Positions 26,022 through 35,595 of a stretch of 64,000 nucleotides of DNA are shown here, one piece after another. A program made the translations under genes and the position numbers. Each line of letters opens with the position of its first letter. Positions within the stretch are counted from its first letter, which is position 1. The DNA comes from Clostridia bacterium (GTDB lineage Bacteria > Bacillota > Clostridia > UBA1212), in the NCBI GenBank assembly GCA_017444825.1, contig JAFSVU010000015.1:413-64412 (forward strand), read 5' to 3'. Under the pieces are notes generated by a model, which worked only from the letters and a program-made list of their open reading frames with translations, made no database searches and had not been told where the DNA came from.

Positions 26022-26417
26022 ATGAGCACATATGCCACAAAACAACGAAAAATATTGACGGACTACCTTGAGGCCCATCCGGATACGATGGTCACCGCCG
26101 ACGAGATCGGAGACGCCCTCGAGAGCTTCGGCATCAGCAGGAGCGCCATCTACCGCAACCTGGCGGAGCTGGAGTCGGAGGGCAGGATAAGGCGGTCTGT
26201 GCGCGAGGGAACCAGGAAGGTGTTCTTCCAGTACGTGGACGCGGAGCATTGCCGCGGAGAGCTTCACCTTTCCTGCAAAAAATGCGGAAGAACGATCCAT
26301 ATGGACCACGAGGCTGCGGAGGCGCTGGTGGCCGACATAGCCGGGAAGCAGGCCTTTGAGATCGACAAGGCGGAGACAGTGCTGTTCGGGGTCTGCGGGG
26401 ACTGCCGGAATAAATAG
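26022..26417 (+). CDS. Fur-family metalloregulator (Zur-like, given the adjacent ZnuC/ZnuB-type transporter genes)
   Basis: 131 aa from the ATG at 26022. C-terminal CxxC...CxxC motifs (CKKCGRTIHMDH ... CGDC), Fur-like. Confidence 0.7.
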   Translation: MSTYATKQRKILTDYLEAHPDTMVTADEIGDALESFGISRSAIYRNLAELESEGRIRRSVREGTRKVFFQYVDAEHCRGELHLSCKKCGRTIHMDHEAAEALVADIAGKQAFEIDKAETVLFGVCGDCRNK

Positions 26418-26432
26418 AAGCGGTGCCGGACA

Positions 26433-26515
26433 AAGTAATAGTTAAAGGGAGTGCCGCTCAAGTAGTAAGTAAAAGGTAAGAAGTAAGAGTTACCAGGTAG
26501 GAAGTAATAGGTGCG
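26433..26515. repeat. inverted copy of the heptad TTAC/GTAA repeat element
   Basis: The reverse complement reads cacctatTACttccTACctggTAACtcTTACttcTTACcttTTACttacTACttgagcggcactccc, matching 20311-20410. Confidence 0.7.
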
Positions 26516-26520
26516 ATGAA

Positions 26521-27267
26521 ATGGAATTGATTTCGTGTGTAAATCTCTCGGTGGGTTACGAGGGACGGAGGCTGGTTTCCGGGATAAGCTTCAGGGTGTG
26601 CGAGGGGGATTACCTCTGCATTCTCGGGCCCAACGGGGCAGGCAAAACAACTTTGATGAAGACCATACTGGGGCTTCTGCCGCCGGTAGCGGGGCTGGTG
26701 TCCTATGGCGACGGGTTCAGCGCAAGGCAGATCGGGTATTTGCCCCAGCAGAGCCTTGTGCAGCGTGACTTTCCCGCCTCGGTCAGGGAGATAGTTCTCT
26801 CGGGCTGCACCGGAAGGATGGGCTTCAGGATATTTTACGGAAAAGAAGAGAAAAAGAGAGCTGACTCGGCAATGAACGCCCTCGGCATAGCATCTCTCAA
26901 AGACCGGTGCTACAGGGAGCTGTCGGGCGGTCAGCAGCAGAGAGTCCTCATCGCCAGGGCCCTTTGCGCCACCGAAAAGGTGATCCTTCTGGACGAGCCT
27001 GCGGCGGGTCTTGACCCCCAGGCCACGGACGAGCTTTATAAGACATTGGCGGCGCTGAACCGGGAACAGGGGACGGCCATCATCATGATCTCCCACGACA
27101 TCGGGGCGGCCAAGAGGTACGCCTCCCACGTGCTTTACGTCGGGGACAATCCCTTCTTCGGGAGCGCGGCGGAGTATGCGGCGCTTGAGTCATTGTCGGC
27201 GGGACCGGGACTTCAGACGGCGGGGTCTGCTTCCTCTGCACACAAGGGGGTGAAGCGGAATGCGTGA
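26521..27267 (+). CDS. znuC: metal (zinc/manganese-type) ABC transporter ATP-binding protein
   Basis: Walker A GPNGAGKTT. ABC signature LSGGQQQRVLIARAL. Overlaps the downstream permease gene. Confidence 0.7.
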   Translation: MELISCVNLSVGYEGRRLVSGISFRVCEGDYLCILGPNGAGKTTLMKTILGLLPPVAGLVSYGDGFSARQIGYLPQQSLVQRDFPASVREIVLSGCTGRMGFRIFYGKEEKKRADSAMNALGIASLKDRCYRELSGGQQQRVLIARALCATEKVILLDEPAAGLDPQATDELYKTLAALNREQGTAIIMISHDIGAAKRYASHVLYVGDNPFFGSAAEYAALESLSAGPGLQTAGSASSAHKGVKRNA

Positions 27268-28105
27268 CATACTGGCTCTTCTTGCGGATTTTTTCTCCTA
27301 CCCATTCGTCATTTATGCGCTGATCTGCGAGACATTGGTGTCGCTGTGCGCATCGCTGCTGGGGACCACATTGGTTTTAAAGAGGTTCTCGTTCATCGGG
27401 GACGGTCTCTCCCACGTGGCCTTCGGGGCGCTTGCCATTGCCACCGTTCTCAAAGTCACATCCAGCCTGCCTGTGGTGCTCCCTATAACCGCCGTGTGCG
27501 CGATACTGCTTCTGAGGCTCGGCCAAAATACCAAGGTCAAGGGGGACGCCGCCATCGCGATGATCTCCGTTACGGCCCTCGCCTTCGGGTATCTGCTTCT
27601 CAACAAGTTTCCCGCGACGAATAACATTGCCGGGGACGTGTGCTCGGCCCTTTTCGGATCGACTCTCATCATAACCCTTTCGCCCGCAGATGTAATAATC
27701 TCGCTGGTGATGTGCGCGGTTACGGTCGCGTTTTTCGTGGTGTTTTACAACAGAATTTTCGCTGTGACCTTCGACGAGAACTTTGCCGCCGCCACAGGAA
27801 CCAATGTGAAACTCATCAATACCGCCATGGCTGTCATCATTGCCGTGGTCATAGTGCTTGCCATGAATCTCGTGGGGTCGCTGCTGATCTCCGCATTGGT
27901 GGTGTTTCCCGCCCTCTCGGCAATGCGTGTGTGCAAAAGCTTCAGGGGCGTCACCCTCTGCTCCGCGGGTATTGCCGTCTCCACATCGGTCTTCGGCATA
28001 CTGCTTTCCATCGTGATCGACACTCCCGTCGGCGCCACCATCGTCGGGGTGCAGGCATTGGTGTTTGCGGTCTTCTTCGTCATCGGGAAGCTCGCAAAAA
28101 GATAG
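27260..28105 (+). CDS. znuB: metal ABC transporter permease (ZnuB/MntB family)
   Basis: 281 aa, about 8 TM helices, translationally coupled to the ATPase gene. Confidence 0.65.
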   Translation: MRDILALLADFFSYPFVIYALICETLVSLCASLLGTTLVLKRFSFIGDGLSHVAFGALAIATVLKVTSSLPVVLPITAVCAILLLRLGQNTKVKGDAAIAMISVTALAFGYLLLNKFPATNNIAGDVCSALFGSTLIITLSPADVIISLVMCAVTVAFFVVFYNRIFAVTFDENFAAATGTNVKLINTAMAVIIAVVIVLAMNLVGSLLISALVVFPALSAMRVCKSFRGVTLCSAGIAVSTSVFGILLSIVIDTPVGATIVGVQALVFAVFFVIGKLAKR

Positions 28106-28190
28106 ACACTTGTTTATTATTTAAAAATATCGTAGAATATTTGTGATTTTCGTATTTTGAGGTTCCGGTTTGCCGGCAGTGAGGAAAAGG

Positions 28191-28658
28191 ATGAGCATGA
28201 ATATTTCGACGCCAATACCCGAAGAAGCTCCGCAGACTGTCAAAGTAACTGCCATCGAGCTCACCGAGAGAAATACCGAAAAGAACAGATTTTCGTGCAT
28301 CAGGCTGGCCTTCGACGCCTGGCTCACAAGAACGGGGGCGCTTACCTCGAGAGTGACCTACACCAGAAGGTATGACCTCGACGCCGAATTCGATTCCGTA
28401 AGCAACTATTTCCAAATCTCGGATACGGTGGTGAGCGGGTGCAGAAATTTTATTGAAAAATACCGGCTGCTCGAAGATTTTCCGGCGAAGAAGCCGGGGA
28501 AAAAGCCGGGCACGTATTCGGAGATAAAAGTGTTCTCCGGTAGAAAAGTCGTTTCGCGGGTGTTCAAAAAAGGGCCCGTTTCACAGGATGCCCCCGGCGG
28601 AACGGTGGATGAGATGTTTGTCGAGCTGTCCCGTCTTCTTCAGAGAAGCCTGGGGTGA
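28191..28658 (+). CDS. hypothetical protein
   Basis: ATG at 28191 with a GAGGAAAAGG ribosome-binding site. No recognisable motifs. Confidence 0.45.
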   Translation: MSMNISTPIPEEAPQTVKVTAIELTERNTEKNRFSCIRLAFDAWLTRTGALTSRVTYTRRYDLDAEFDSVSNYFQISDTVVSGCRNFIEKYRLLEDFPAKKPGKKPGTYSEIKVFSGRKVVSRVFKKGPVSQDAPGGTVDEMFVELSRLLQRSLG

Positions 28659-28761
28659 CGCAATCAAAAGCAGTTTCTTAAAAGCGATTTTACAATTGTT
28701 TTTACGTCCCGTCAGTTGATTACTGTTACACGAAAAACGGGACGCGATAAGGAGGTTAAAA

Positions 28762-30186
28762 ATGTTGAAAAACCGCAGATTTTTTTTGTACTTGATCTTT
28801 GCAGTGATGGTTCTCGCCATGCTGGCGGGGTGCGTTCCTGCCGAACCGGCAGACCCGAAGCCCACTGAGAATGCAGCAACCGACACAAGCGCTCCCGAGG
28901 ACGGCACCGGTTCTCCCGATGCAACACCCGGTGAAGATGCAACCGCGGCTCCCACTCTTGCCCCCGGCGAGACGGCCACTCCCACTCCGGCACCGACCGA
29001 TACACCTACGCCGGAACCCACGGACACGCCGACCCCCACACCCACACCCACTCCGGAGCCTACCGATACGCCTACGCCAGAGCCCACAGATACTCCGACT
29101 CCCACGCCGACCGCGACTCCTACCGCTGAAGCTACGCCTACACCGACGCCCACTCCGGCACCTCAGGGCGCAACGTCAGCGTTTCAGTTCCCCGCAAGCA
29201 ACACGACCTATGACAACAACTTTGCGAAGGAAGTTATAAAGCTTAACAACTCCCAGGCAAAGGCCGACACAAAGGCCGCTCTTGAGGCCATTGGTTTCAA
29301 CGTCCTGCCCAGGAACCAATACAACTACGAGAAGGCGGCAGACGACAAGTCCCACACGTCCGCGTTCACCATCGGAACTGCGAAGGTGAGTTATAACGGC
29401 GCCGTTCGCGACGCGGCCATCGTAGTCATCAGAGGAACCTCAGGCGGCGAGTGGTATTCGAACTTTGATTTTGTTCCTTCCCACGATAACAACGCACAGT
29501 ACGCCGAGAACTTCCTGGCTGCTTCCCAGCAGATCATCTCGAAGCTCACGTCGGCCATTTCTTACATGGACAACCCGCTGGTGCTCTTCACGGGCCACAG
29601 CCGCGGTGCCGCCTGCGCAGATCTTTGCGGCCTGCTCTACAACAACTCCGTAGGTGCTGCAAGCTGCTTCGTTTACTCATTTGCAACGCCGACCTGTATC
29701 CGAAGTGAGGCTGTAAACCAAAACTCAGCAAATATCTTTAATATCATCAATAAAGCTGACTTTGTCACCTGGTTACCTCCCGCCGAGCTTGGTTTCTTCA
29801 GGCCGGGGACAGACATTTTGCTCCCTGATACGAACAATCTCGTGCCTACGCTGACCAATATTTACTCGCCTATCAAGGGCCTTCTCACGGGAATGACTAT
29901 TCAGCAATATTATGAGGAAAAACACTCACTCACAGGTCCAGGACTTGATCCGGTTAACGGCAAGTCAGTAAACGAAGTGTTTACCGGTGTCGCTCTCGCT
30001 GCTGCAGGAACCGGTAATATAAACTCTGTTCTCGGCACTCTTAGCGAAATTGACTCAAAATCGGATCTCTATCCGATTTCCACCTTTGCGGTGAGAGCTA
30101 TGATGAACTATAACAAGCTGACCAAGATACAGCAGCAGCACGAGGTGGCGACCTACACGCAGCTCCTCGCGGCATATAACGGATAA
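28762..30186 (+). CDS. lipoprotein with Pro/Thr-rich linker and a class-3 lipase / alpha-beta hydrolase domain
   Basis: AAGGAGG ribosome-binding site. Lipobox LAMLAGC. (TPTPEPTD)n linker. Nucleophile elbow TGHSRGAA. Confidence 0.65.
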   Translation: MLKNRRFFLYLIFAVMVLAMLAGCVPAEPADPKPTENAATDTSAPEDGTGSPDATPGEDATAAPTLAPGETATPTPAPTDTPTPEPTDTPTPTPTPTPEPTDTPTPEPTDTPTPTPTATPTAEATPTPTPTPAPQGATSAFQFPASNTTYDNNFAKEVIKLNNSQAKADTKAALEAIGFNVLPRNQYNYEKAADDKSHTSAFTIGTAKVSYNGAVRDAAIVVIRGTSGGEWYSNFDFVPSHDNNAQYAENFLAASQQIISKLTSAISYMDNPLVLFTGHSRGAACADLCGLLYNNSVGAASCFVYSFATPTCIRSEAVNQNSANIFNIINKADFVTWLPPAELGFFRPGTDILLPDTNNLVPTLTNIYSPIKGLLTGMTIQQYYEEKHSLTGPGLDPVNGKSVNEVFTGVALAAAGTGNINSVLGTLSEIDSKSDLYPISTFAVRAMMNYNKLTKIQQQHEVATYTQLLAAYNG

Positions 30187-30338
30187 TACATTGCTCAAAA
30201 GCTGACACAAAGGCGCGGGTCACGGATCGGCTGCCGGGGAAGCCGCCTGGTTTCCGCCGAAGGCCAAAGGTGATTCGCGCCGAGTGTTTTAACAGCGTTT
30301 AATAACGTCAAACAAAACAATACGAAAGGCATTCGCTC

Positions 30339-31112
30339 ATGAGCCCGGAAAAAGAAAACCAGTACTCAAAGTATTTTACGTTGAGCTTTGACGATGGCAT
30401 CACCCAGGACCTCCGCATGATCGGGATCCTGAAAAAATACGGCGTGTCCTGCACGTTCAACCTCAACACCGGCCTCTTTGGCGCCAATTGGACCTGGGTC
30501 GCAGACGCAGTCGGAAAGCCCGGCCTCTCCCACCTCCGCTTTACAGAGGAGGAGATCCGCACAGGCATATACGACGGCTTTGACGTGGAAGTTCACACAC
30601 TCTGCCACCCTTCCCTCGCGGGAAACTACGGGGACAACAAGGAGCAGATAATCAGGGAGGTCGCGGAAGACGCCAAAAACATCGAGGCGCTCACAGGCAT
30701 CGCTCCGGTGGGCATGGCCTACCCCGGCGGCAGGGAGTGCGACACCTCGCCCTTCATTATAAAGACCATCGTGGAGAACACGCCCGTCAGGTTCGCAAGG
30801 CTTGCCGTCTCCCAGGAGCACCCCGAGGAGTTTCCTCTCCCGGACTGTTTCATGAAATGGTACCCGTCCCTGCACGTTAACGACGTGGCAAAGTGGCGGG
30901 AGCTGGGGGCGAAGTTCATTGGCGCCAAACCCAAGGAAAGAGACCTTCTTTTCTACGTCTGGGGACACAGCTACGACCTTGACAGCGCGGATACCTGGAA
31001 TGAGTTTGAGGAGCTGGTTAAAATGATGGCCGAAGCACCGGACGTTAAATTCGTGACCAATGCCGAATTCTACCACATATTCAAAGACCGGATACCGCCG
31101 GTTAATTTCTGA
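30339..31112 (+). CDS. polysaccharide deacetylase (NodB/CE4 family), cytoplasmic paralogue
   Basis: FTLSFDDGITQD NodB motif. 60% identical in the core to the next gene. Confidence 0.7.
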   Translation: MSPEKENQYSKYFTLSFDDGITQDLRMIGILKKYGVSCTFNLNTGLFGANWTWVADAVGKPGLSHLRFTEEEIRTGIYDGFDVEVHTLCHPSLAGNYGDNKEQIIREVAEDAKNIEALTGIAPVGMAYPGGRECDTSPFIIKTIVENTPVRFARLAVSQEHPEEFPLPDCFMKWYPSLHVNDVAKWRELGAKFIGAKPKERDLLFYVWGHSYDLDSADTWNEFEELVKMMAEAPDVKFVTNAEFYHIFKDRIPPVNF

Positions 31113-31128
31113 TACAAAGGTGACCGAA

Positions 31129-32052
31129 ATGAAGTTTAAAAGATTTTTTGTTTTCATTCTTATCCCGGTGATACTCATTGGCGTCCTGTTTTCCGGATGC
31201 ACAAACGACCCGGGTGCAAAGCCGACCTCTGCTCCCACTGCGGAGCCTACCCCCACCCCCACGGAGGCGCCTCCCACGCCGGAACCCACGCCCCGTCCGC
31301 CCATGAAATATTTCACCATGAGCTTCGACGATGGCATCACCCAGGACGAGAGGATAATCGAGATCCTGAAAAAATACAACATGCCCTGCACGTTTAACAT
31401 AAACACCGGGCTCTACGGCGTTCGCTGGGACTGGGTCGCTGAGGCTGTGGGAAAGCCGGGGCTCCTTCACCAGAGATTTACAAAGGCTCAGATGGAGTCG
31501 GGAATCTACGACGGGTTTGACGTGGAGGTCCACACACTGAACCATCCGTCACTGGCGGGAAACTACGGAAACGACAAGAGCTCCATCATCAGAGAGGTGG
31601 GCGACGACGCGAAGAACATCGAAGCTCTCACAGGCGTTCAGCCCTGCGGCATGGCATACCCGGGCGGACTTGAAAGCGACACCTCCGACTACGTCATCAA
31701 AACCATACTTGAAAACACACCGGTGAGGTTCGCGAGACTTGCCGTAAGCCACAAAAAGGCTTCGCAGTTCCTCCTCCCCGAGTACTGGATGATGTGGTAT
31801 CCGACCTGCAACATTTGCAACATCGCCACCGCCAAGCTTTTCCTCAAGAAATTCATCAAGGCTGAGGTCACCGACCGCGACCTGCTCTTCTACGGCTGGG
31901 GCCACGGCTACGAGCTGGACCAGACAGATTCCTGGGATGAATTCGAGGAACTGATCAAGATGATCTCCGAGGCTGACGACATCGTGTGCGTAACCAATGC
32001 CGAATTTTACAACATATTCAAGGACCGGATCCCTTCGTGGAAAGACGACTGA
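31129..32052 (+). CDS. polysaccharide deacetylase (NodB/CE4) lipoprotein paralogue with Pro/Thr linker
   Basis: Lipobox LFSGC. PT linker. FTMSFDDGITQDE. Confidence 0.7.
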   Translation: MKFKRFFVFILIPVILIGVLFSGCTNDPGAKPTSAPTAEPTPTPTEAPPTPEPTPRPPMKYFTMSFDDGITQDERIIEILKKYNMPCTFNINTGLYGVRWDWVAEAVGKPGLLHQRFTKAQMESGIYDGFDVEVHTLNHPSLAGNYGNDKSSIIREVGDDAKNIEALTGVQPCGMAYPGGLESDTSDYVIKTILENTPVRFARLAVSHKKASQFLLPEYWMMWYPTCNICNIATAKLFLKKFIKAEVTDRDLLFYGWGHGYELDQTDSWDEFEELIKMISEADDIVCVTNAEFYNIFKDRIPSWKDD

Positions 32053-32084
32053 AAAAAACTGATTCGAAATAGAAAGGCTGAAAA

Positions 32085-33689
32085 GTGAAAGCAGGAACAA
32101 GATTCGCAGCGGTAATTGTTTTTATCCTGGCGGCCGCACTTACCATGTCCGGCTGCATTGGCGTTTTTGTGGATCCGCCGGAGCACACCGTCGCCCCGCC
32201 GCCCGCAAACACTGAAGGCGCAGAGGAGACTGCACCCGCTGAGAAAACTGCGCAGGGCAACGACCCGTCAGAAACACCTGACTCCGAAACGTCGGCGACG
32301 CCGGGAGGAGCTTCCGCAACTGCCGGAAATGCGACCGAAGGCGCTACCGGAGCGACCTCCGGTATAGGCGGAGAAAACACCCCGGACACGGAGACCGCCT
32401 CGCAGGATCCCGGCCAGTCGCCATCTCCCAAGGAGGGCGAGGATACGGCATCCCCTGCCCAAAGCGCAGATCCCACTGCGGGGAACCCCGGCACAAGCCC
32501 CTCCCCCACGGCCACAGCTTCATCGGGAGCGACGAACACCGCGACACCTACGCCCACACCCACACCAACTCCTACGCCGACACCCGTATCCTACACGGCC
32601 TATGAGCCCGGTTACGGTTCGACTCCGGTCAGGATAAACAAGTCGGCCACGCCCCAATATCACTACTTATCAAAGCTCACGGATTCAAGACAGATCAGCT
32701 TCTACCACAATCTGGAGGCCATGGCCGCGGAGTTCGGCAACGTCATCCACCCGAACACGAACATCACCCCTAACGATGCGTTCCTGGTCTACAAGCTTTT
32801 CATGCTGGACCACCCCGAGGTGTTCTGGCTGGGTCAGACCATCAGCGGCGAGACCGAGGGCGACGTACTCACAACGATATCCATCGAGAGGACCTACACC
32901 GTCGACCAGGCAAGGTCGATGATGGCCGAGATCGACGCGGTGGCGGCCCAGGTCATAGCTTCGATACCAAGCAATTCCATTGATTTCGACGCGGAGCTGG
33001 CAATATTCAAGTGGCTCGCCGCCAATATCAGCTACGTGGACGACGGGCGCGACTGCTATACTCTTTACGGGGCATTGGTCAAGAAGGCCTGCGTGTGCGA
33101 GGGCTACGCCGAAGCTTTCCAGTATCTTTGCGGAAAAGTAGGTATTTTCGCCACGTCTGTCTCAGGCAGTGCGAACAACGGCAGAACCACTGCGGCTCAC
33201 AAATGGAATCTTGCTCTCATTGGCGGCAAGTGGTACCAGGTGGAACCCACATGGGCAAACCTGTCCACAAACCACTACGTGCTCTATTTCAACAACAACG
33301 CGTATATCACGCCCACCCACTTTGTCGATTCCGAATTTGCCGGATTCCTGCCGGATCTGACAGCGACGGACGCGGACTACCTCCATTACTACGGTCTCTG
33401 CGTCGATCCCTCGGCGCCTGATGACGGGACGTTCTCCCTGAAGAACGTGCTCCAGAGGGCCCTTGTGCATTTTAAAGGATCTCTCACGAATGAAAGATCC
33501 TACAACATCGGTTTTATTTACGCGCCAAGCGCCTCCGCTGCGTCAAGCGCCTCCTCCACCATAAAGAGCAAGCCCCAGTGGGTGAGGGACGTGGCCGCCT
33601 CGGCATCCCTTGGCGACGGTTACACCTACGACATTTACGATTCGAGTGTCGATACGAACCTGTTCGTAACCTTCTCGTTCCACAGATAA
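32085..33689 (+). CDS. lipoprotein with a transglutaminase-like cysteine-protease domain
   Basis: GTG start with ribosome-binding site. Lipobox LTMSGC. Long Ser/Thr/Pro/Ala low-complexity linker. CVCEGYAEAFQYLCGKVGI...AAHKWNLALIGGKWYQVEPT matches the transglutaminase-core C/H/D arrangement. Confidence 0.6.
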   Translation: MKAGTRFAAVIVFILAAALTMSGCIGVFVDPPEHTVAPPPANTEGAEETAPAEKTAQGNDPSETPDSETSATPGGASATAGNATEGATGATSGIGGENTPDTETASQDPGQSPSPKEGEDTASPAQSADPTAGNPGTSPSPTATASSGATNTATPTPTPTPTPTPTPVSYTAYEPGYGSTPVRINKSATPQYHYLSKLTDSRQISFYHNLEAMAAEFGNVIHPNTNITPNDAFLVYKLFMLDHPEVFWLGQTISGETEGDVLTTISIERTYTVDQARSMMAEIDAVAAQVIASIPSNSIDFDAELAIFKWLAANISYVDDGRDCYTLYGALVKKACVCEGYAEAFQYLCGKVGIFATSVSGSANNGRTTAAHKWNLALIGGKWYQVEPTWANLSTNHYVLYFNNNAYITPTHFVDSEFAGFLPDLTATDADYLHYYGLCVDPSAPDDGTFSLKNVLQRALVHFKGSLTNERSYNIGFIYAPSASAASSASSTIKSKPQWVRDVAASASLGDGYTYDIYDSSVDTNLFVTFSFHR

Positions 33690-33692
33690 CAG

Positions 33693-33725
33693 GCATGCCC
33701 GGGTTTCGGAATTCGGGCCCGTGGT
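33693..33725. terminator. hairpin GCCCGGGTTTCGGAATTCGGGC between convergent genes (bidirectional terminator candidate)
   Basis: Inverted repeat followed by a T-rich tract. Confidence 0.35.
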
Positions 33726-33729
33726 TTAT

Positions 33730-34218
33730 TCAAACTTCGGCTTCTTTTATGACGTTATCGGTCCCGTTTAAGACCGCCTCCAGGAGGTTTCCCCGGCTGT
33801 CGTATACCAGCTTCAGCGTAAAGAAGTTGCAGCCGTTTTCGATCCTGCGGAGAAATATGCGGTCCCCGGCCCAGAGGTCGAGGCCGTAAAGCTCCGTCTT
33901 GGGCACCCACTCGAGCACGCCCTCATCGCAATCCGAAAGCGTCCCCTCAAAATCAAAGCTCTTAAAGAGGAACATCTGCTCCGTCTCGGCCCCCTCGCAA
34001 ACGAAGGTGACCACGGAAAGAAGCTTCGGATCCTTAAGGACCAGGCCCGTCTCCTCAAGAGCCTCCCGGCGCACGCAGTCCTCCGGCGACTCATCGTCAA
34101 GGAACCCGCCTCCCACGCCGATCCACTTGTCTTTATTTATATCTTTTTCCTTCTTAACGCGGTGCATCATCAGATAGCACCCGTCTTTTTCTATGTAGCA
34201 AAGGGTCGAATTTCTCAT
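33730..34218 (-). CDS. NUDIX hydrolase
   Basis: ATG at 34218 with an AAGGAG ribosome-binding site. Nudix box GGGFLDDESPEDCVRREALEETGL. Confidence 0.75.
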   Translation of the reverse strand: MRNSTLCYIEKDGCYLMMHRVKKEKDINKDKWIGVGGGFLDDESPEDCVRREALEETGLVLKDPKLLSVVTFVCEGAETEQMFLFKSFDFEGTLSDCDEGVLEWVPKTELYGLDLWAGDRIFLRRIENGCNFFTLKLVYDSRGNLLEAVLNGTDNVIKEAEV

Positions 34219-34402
34219 AAAGATCTCCTTGCGGGCCGTGGCTTTTCCGCGGGGCAGCGGTTTTTCAGCGCCGGGCACCGTCTTAAAACGCTGAACGCAG
34301 AATACCATTTTTGCGCCTGTTTTTCAATTTGAGTTTTTCCTTCCCCGGTTGTATAATTTCTCCCGCAAAGCCGCAAAAGCGGATCAAAATTTCGGAGGTC
34401 CT

Positions 34403-35578
34403 ATGCCATACCGGGTCGTACTCAAAAAAAACGAAGAAAAACGGATCTATCAGGGGCATCCCTGGGTATACGCCAATGAAGTCCTCGAGATAACAGGGGA
34501 AGGCAAAAACGGCGACCTGGCGGAGGTATTCACCTGCGAAGGCGCTTTTGTGGGAAAAGGCTACGTCAACCACCTTTCCAAGATACTTGTGAGGATATTC
34601 ATCCGGGACGACAGCGTTCCCGACATTGGTTATTACGTGAAAAAGATCACCGCCTCGGACGAGCGCAGGCGGAGGCTTGGTTATACTGCGGAAGGCGGCT
34701 ACAGGGCGGTTTTCGGCGAGAGCGACGGCATTCCGGGACTCATTGTGGACAGATACGGTGACCTGCTCTGCGTTCAGCTGCTGACCCTGGGCATCGACAA
34801 ACACCGGGACGTCATCGTTGAGGCACTGAAAAAAGTGTACAGCCCCCGGGGGATATACGCGAGAAACGACGCGGCGGTGCGGGAGAAGGAAGGTCTCAAA
34901 CTGACCAAGGAGCCCCTCTTCGGAGAGTTCAGCCCCGTTACAACTATCACCGAGAACGGCCTCAAAATGCGTGTGGACCTGGAAAACGGCCAGAAGACAG
35001 GCTATTTCCTTGACCAGAAGGAGAACCGGCTGGCGATAAGGCGCTACGCAAAAGGCTCCGTGCTCGACTGTTTTTCCAACGTGGGTGGCTTTTCCGTCAA
35101 TGCGGCTTTCGCGGGAGCGGAGGACGTGACGGCTGTGGACATTTCCCGGAGAGCCCTTGACGAGGTGAACCTCAACGCGGAGTTGAACGGCCTTGGCGAT
35201 AAAGTCGGCACCCTTTGCGGCGACGTTTTCGACGTTCTCAGAAATTACCGTAAAGAAGGCAGATCCTTCGATCTTGTGATCCTGGACCCGCCCGCTTTCT
35301 GCAAGAGCAGGGAGGATGTGAAAAACGCTCTTCGGGGCTACAGAGACATCAATGCCGCAGGGCTGAGGCTCGTAAAGGCCGGCGGATACCTTGTGACTTC
35401 GTCCTGCTCCCATTTTGTTTCCTTCGACATGTTCGAGAACATGCTTCGCGAGGCTGCGGCAATGACCGGAAGACCGGTGAGAGTCGTTGAGACCAGGACC
35501 CAGGCTCCTGACCACGGAGCCCTTCTTGCGGGAGACGAGAGCACCTACCTCAAGTTTTTCGTGCTGGCGGTGGATTGA
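34403..35578 (+). CDS. class I SAM-dependent rRNA methyltransferase with N-terminal PUA-like domain (RlmI/RlmK-like)
   Basis: GGAGG ribosome-binding site. N-terminus KRIYQGHPWVYANEV (PUA-like). Methyltransferase motifs LDCFSNVGGFS, DPP. Confidence 0.65.
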   Translation: MPYRVVLKKNEEKRIYQGHPWVYANEVLEITGEGKNGDLAEVFTCEGAFVGKGYVNHLSKILVRIFIRDDSVPDIGYYVKKITASDERRRRLGYTAEGGYRAVFGESDGIPGLIVDRYGDLLCVQLLTLGIDKHRDVIVEALKKVYSPRGIYARNDAAVREKEGLKLTKEPLFGEFSPVTTITENGLKMRVDLENGQKTGYFLDQKENRLAIRRYAKGSVLDCFSNVGGFSVNAAFAGAEDVTAVDISRRALDEVNLNAELNGLGDKVGTLCGDVFDVLRNYRKEGRSFDLVILDPPAFCKSREDVKNALRGYRDINAAGLRLVKAGGYLVTSSCSHFVSFDMFENMLREAAAMTGRPVRVVETRTQAPDHGALLAGDESTYLKFFVLAVD

Positions 35579-35595
35579 CGCCAATTTCAGGTAAA

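Noticed and set aside
28581-29153. ORF 28581..29153(-) with (GVGV)n repeats, and similar ORFs at 32018..32563(-)
   Set aside because: They are the reverse-frame reading of the Pro/Thr linker-coding repeats of the lipoprotein genes.
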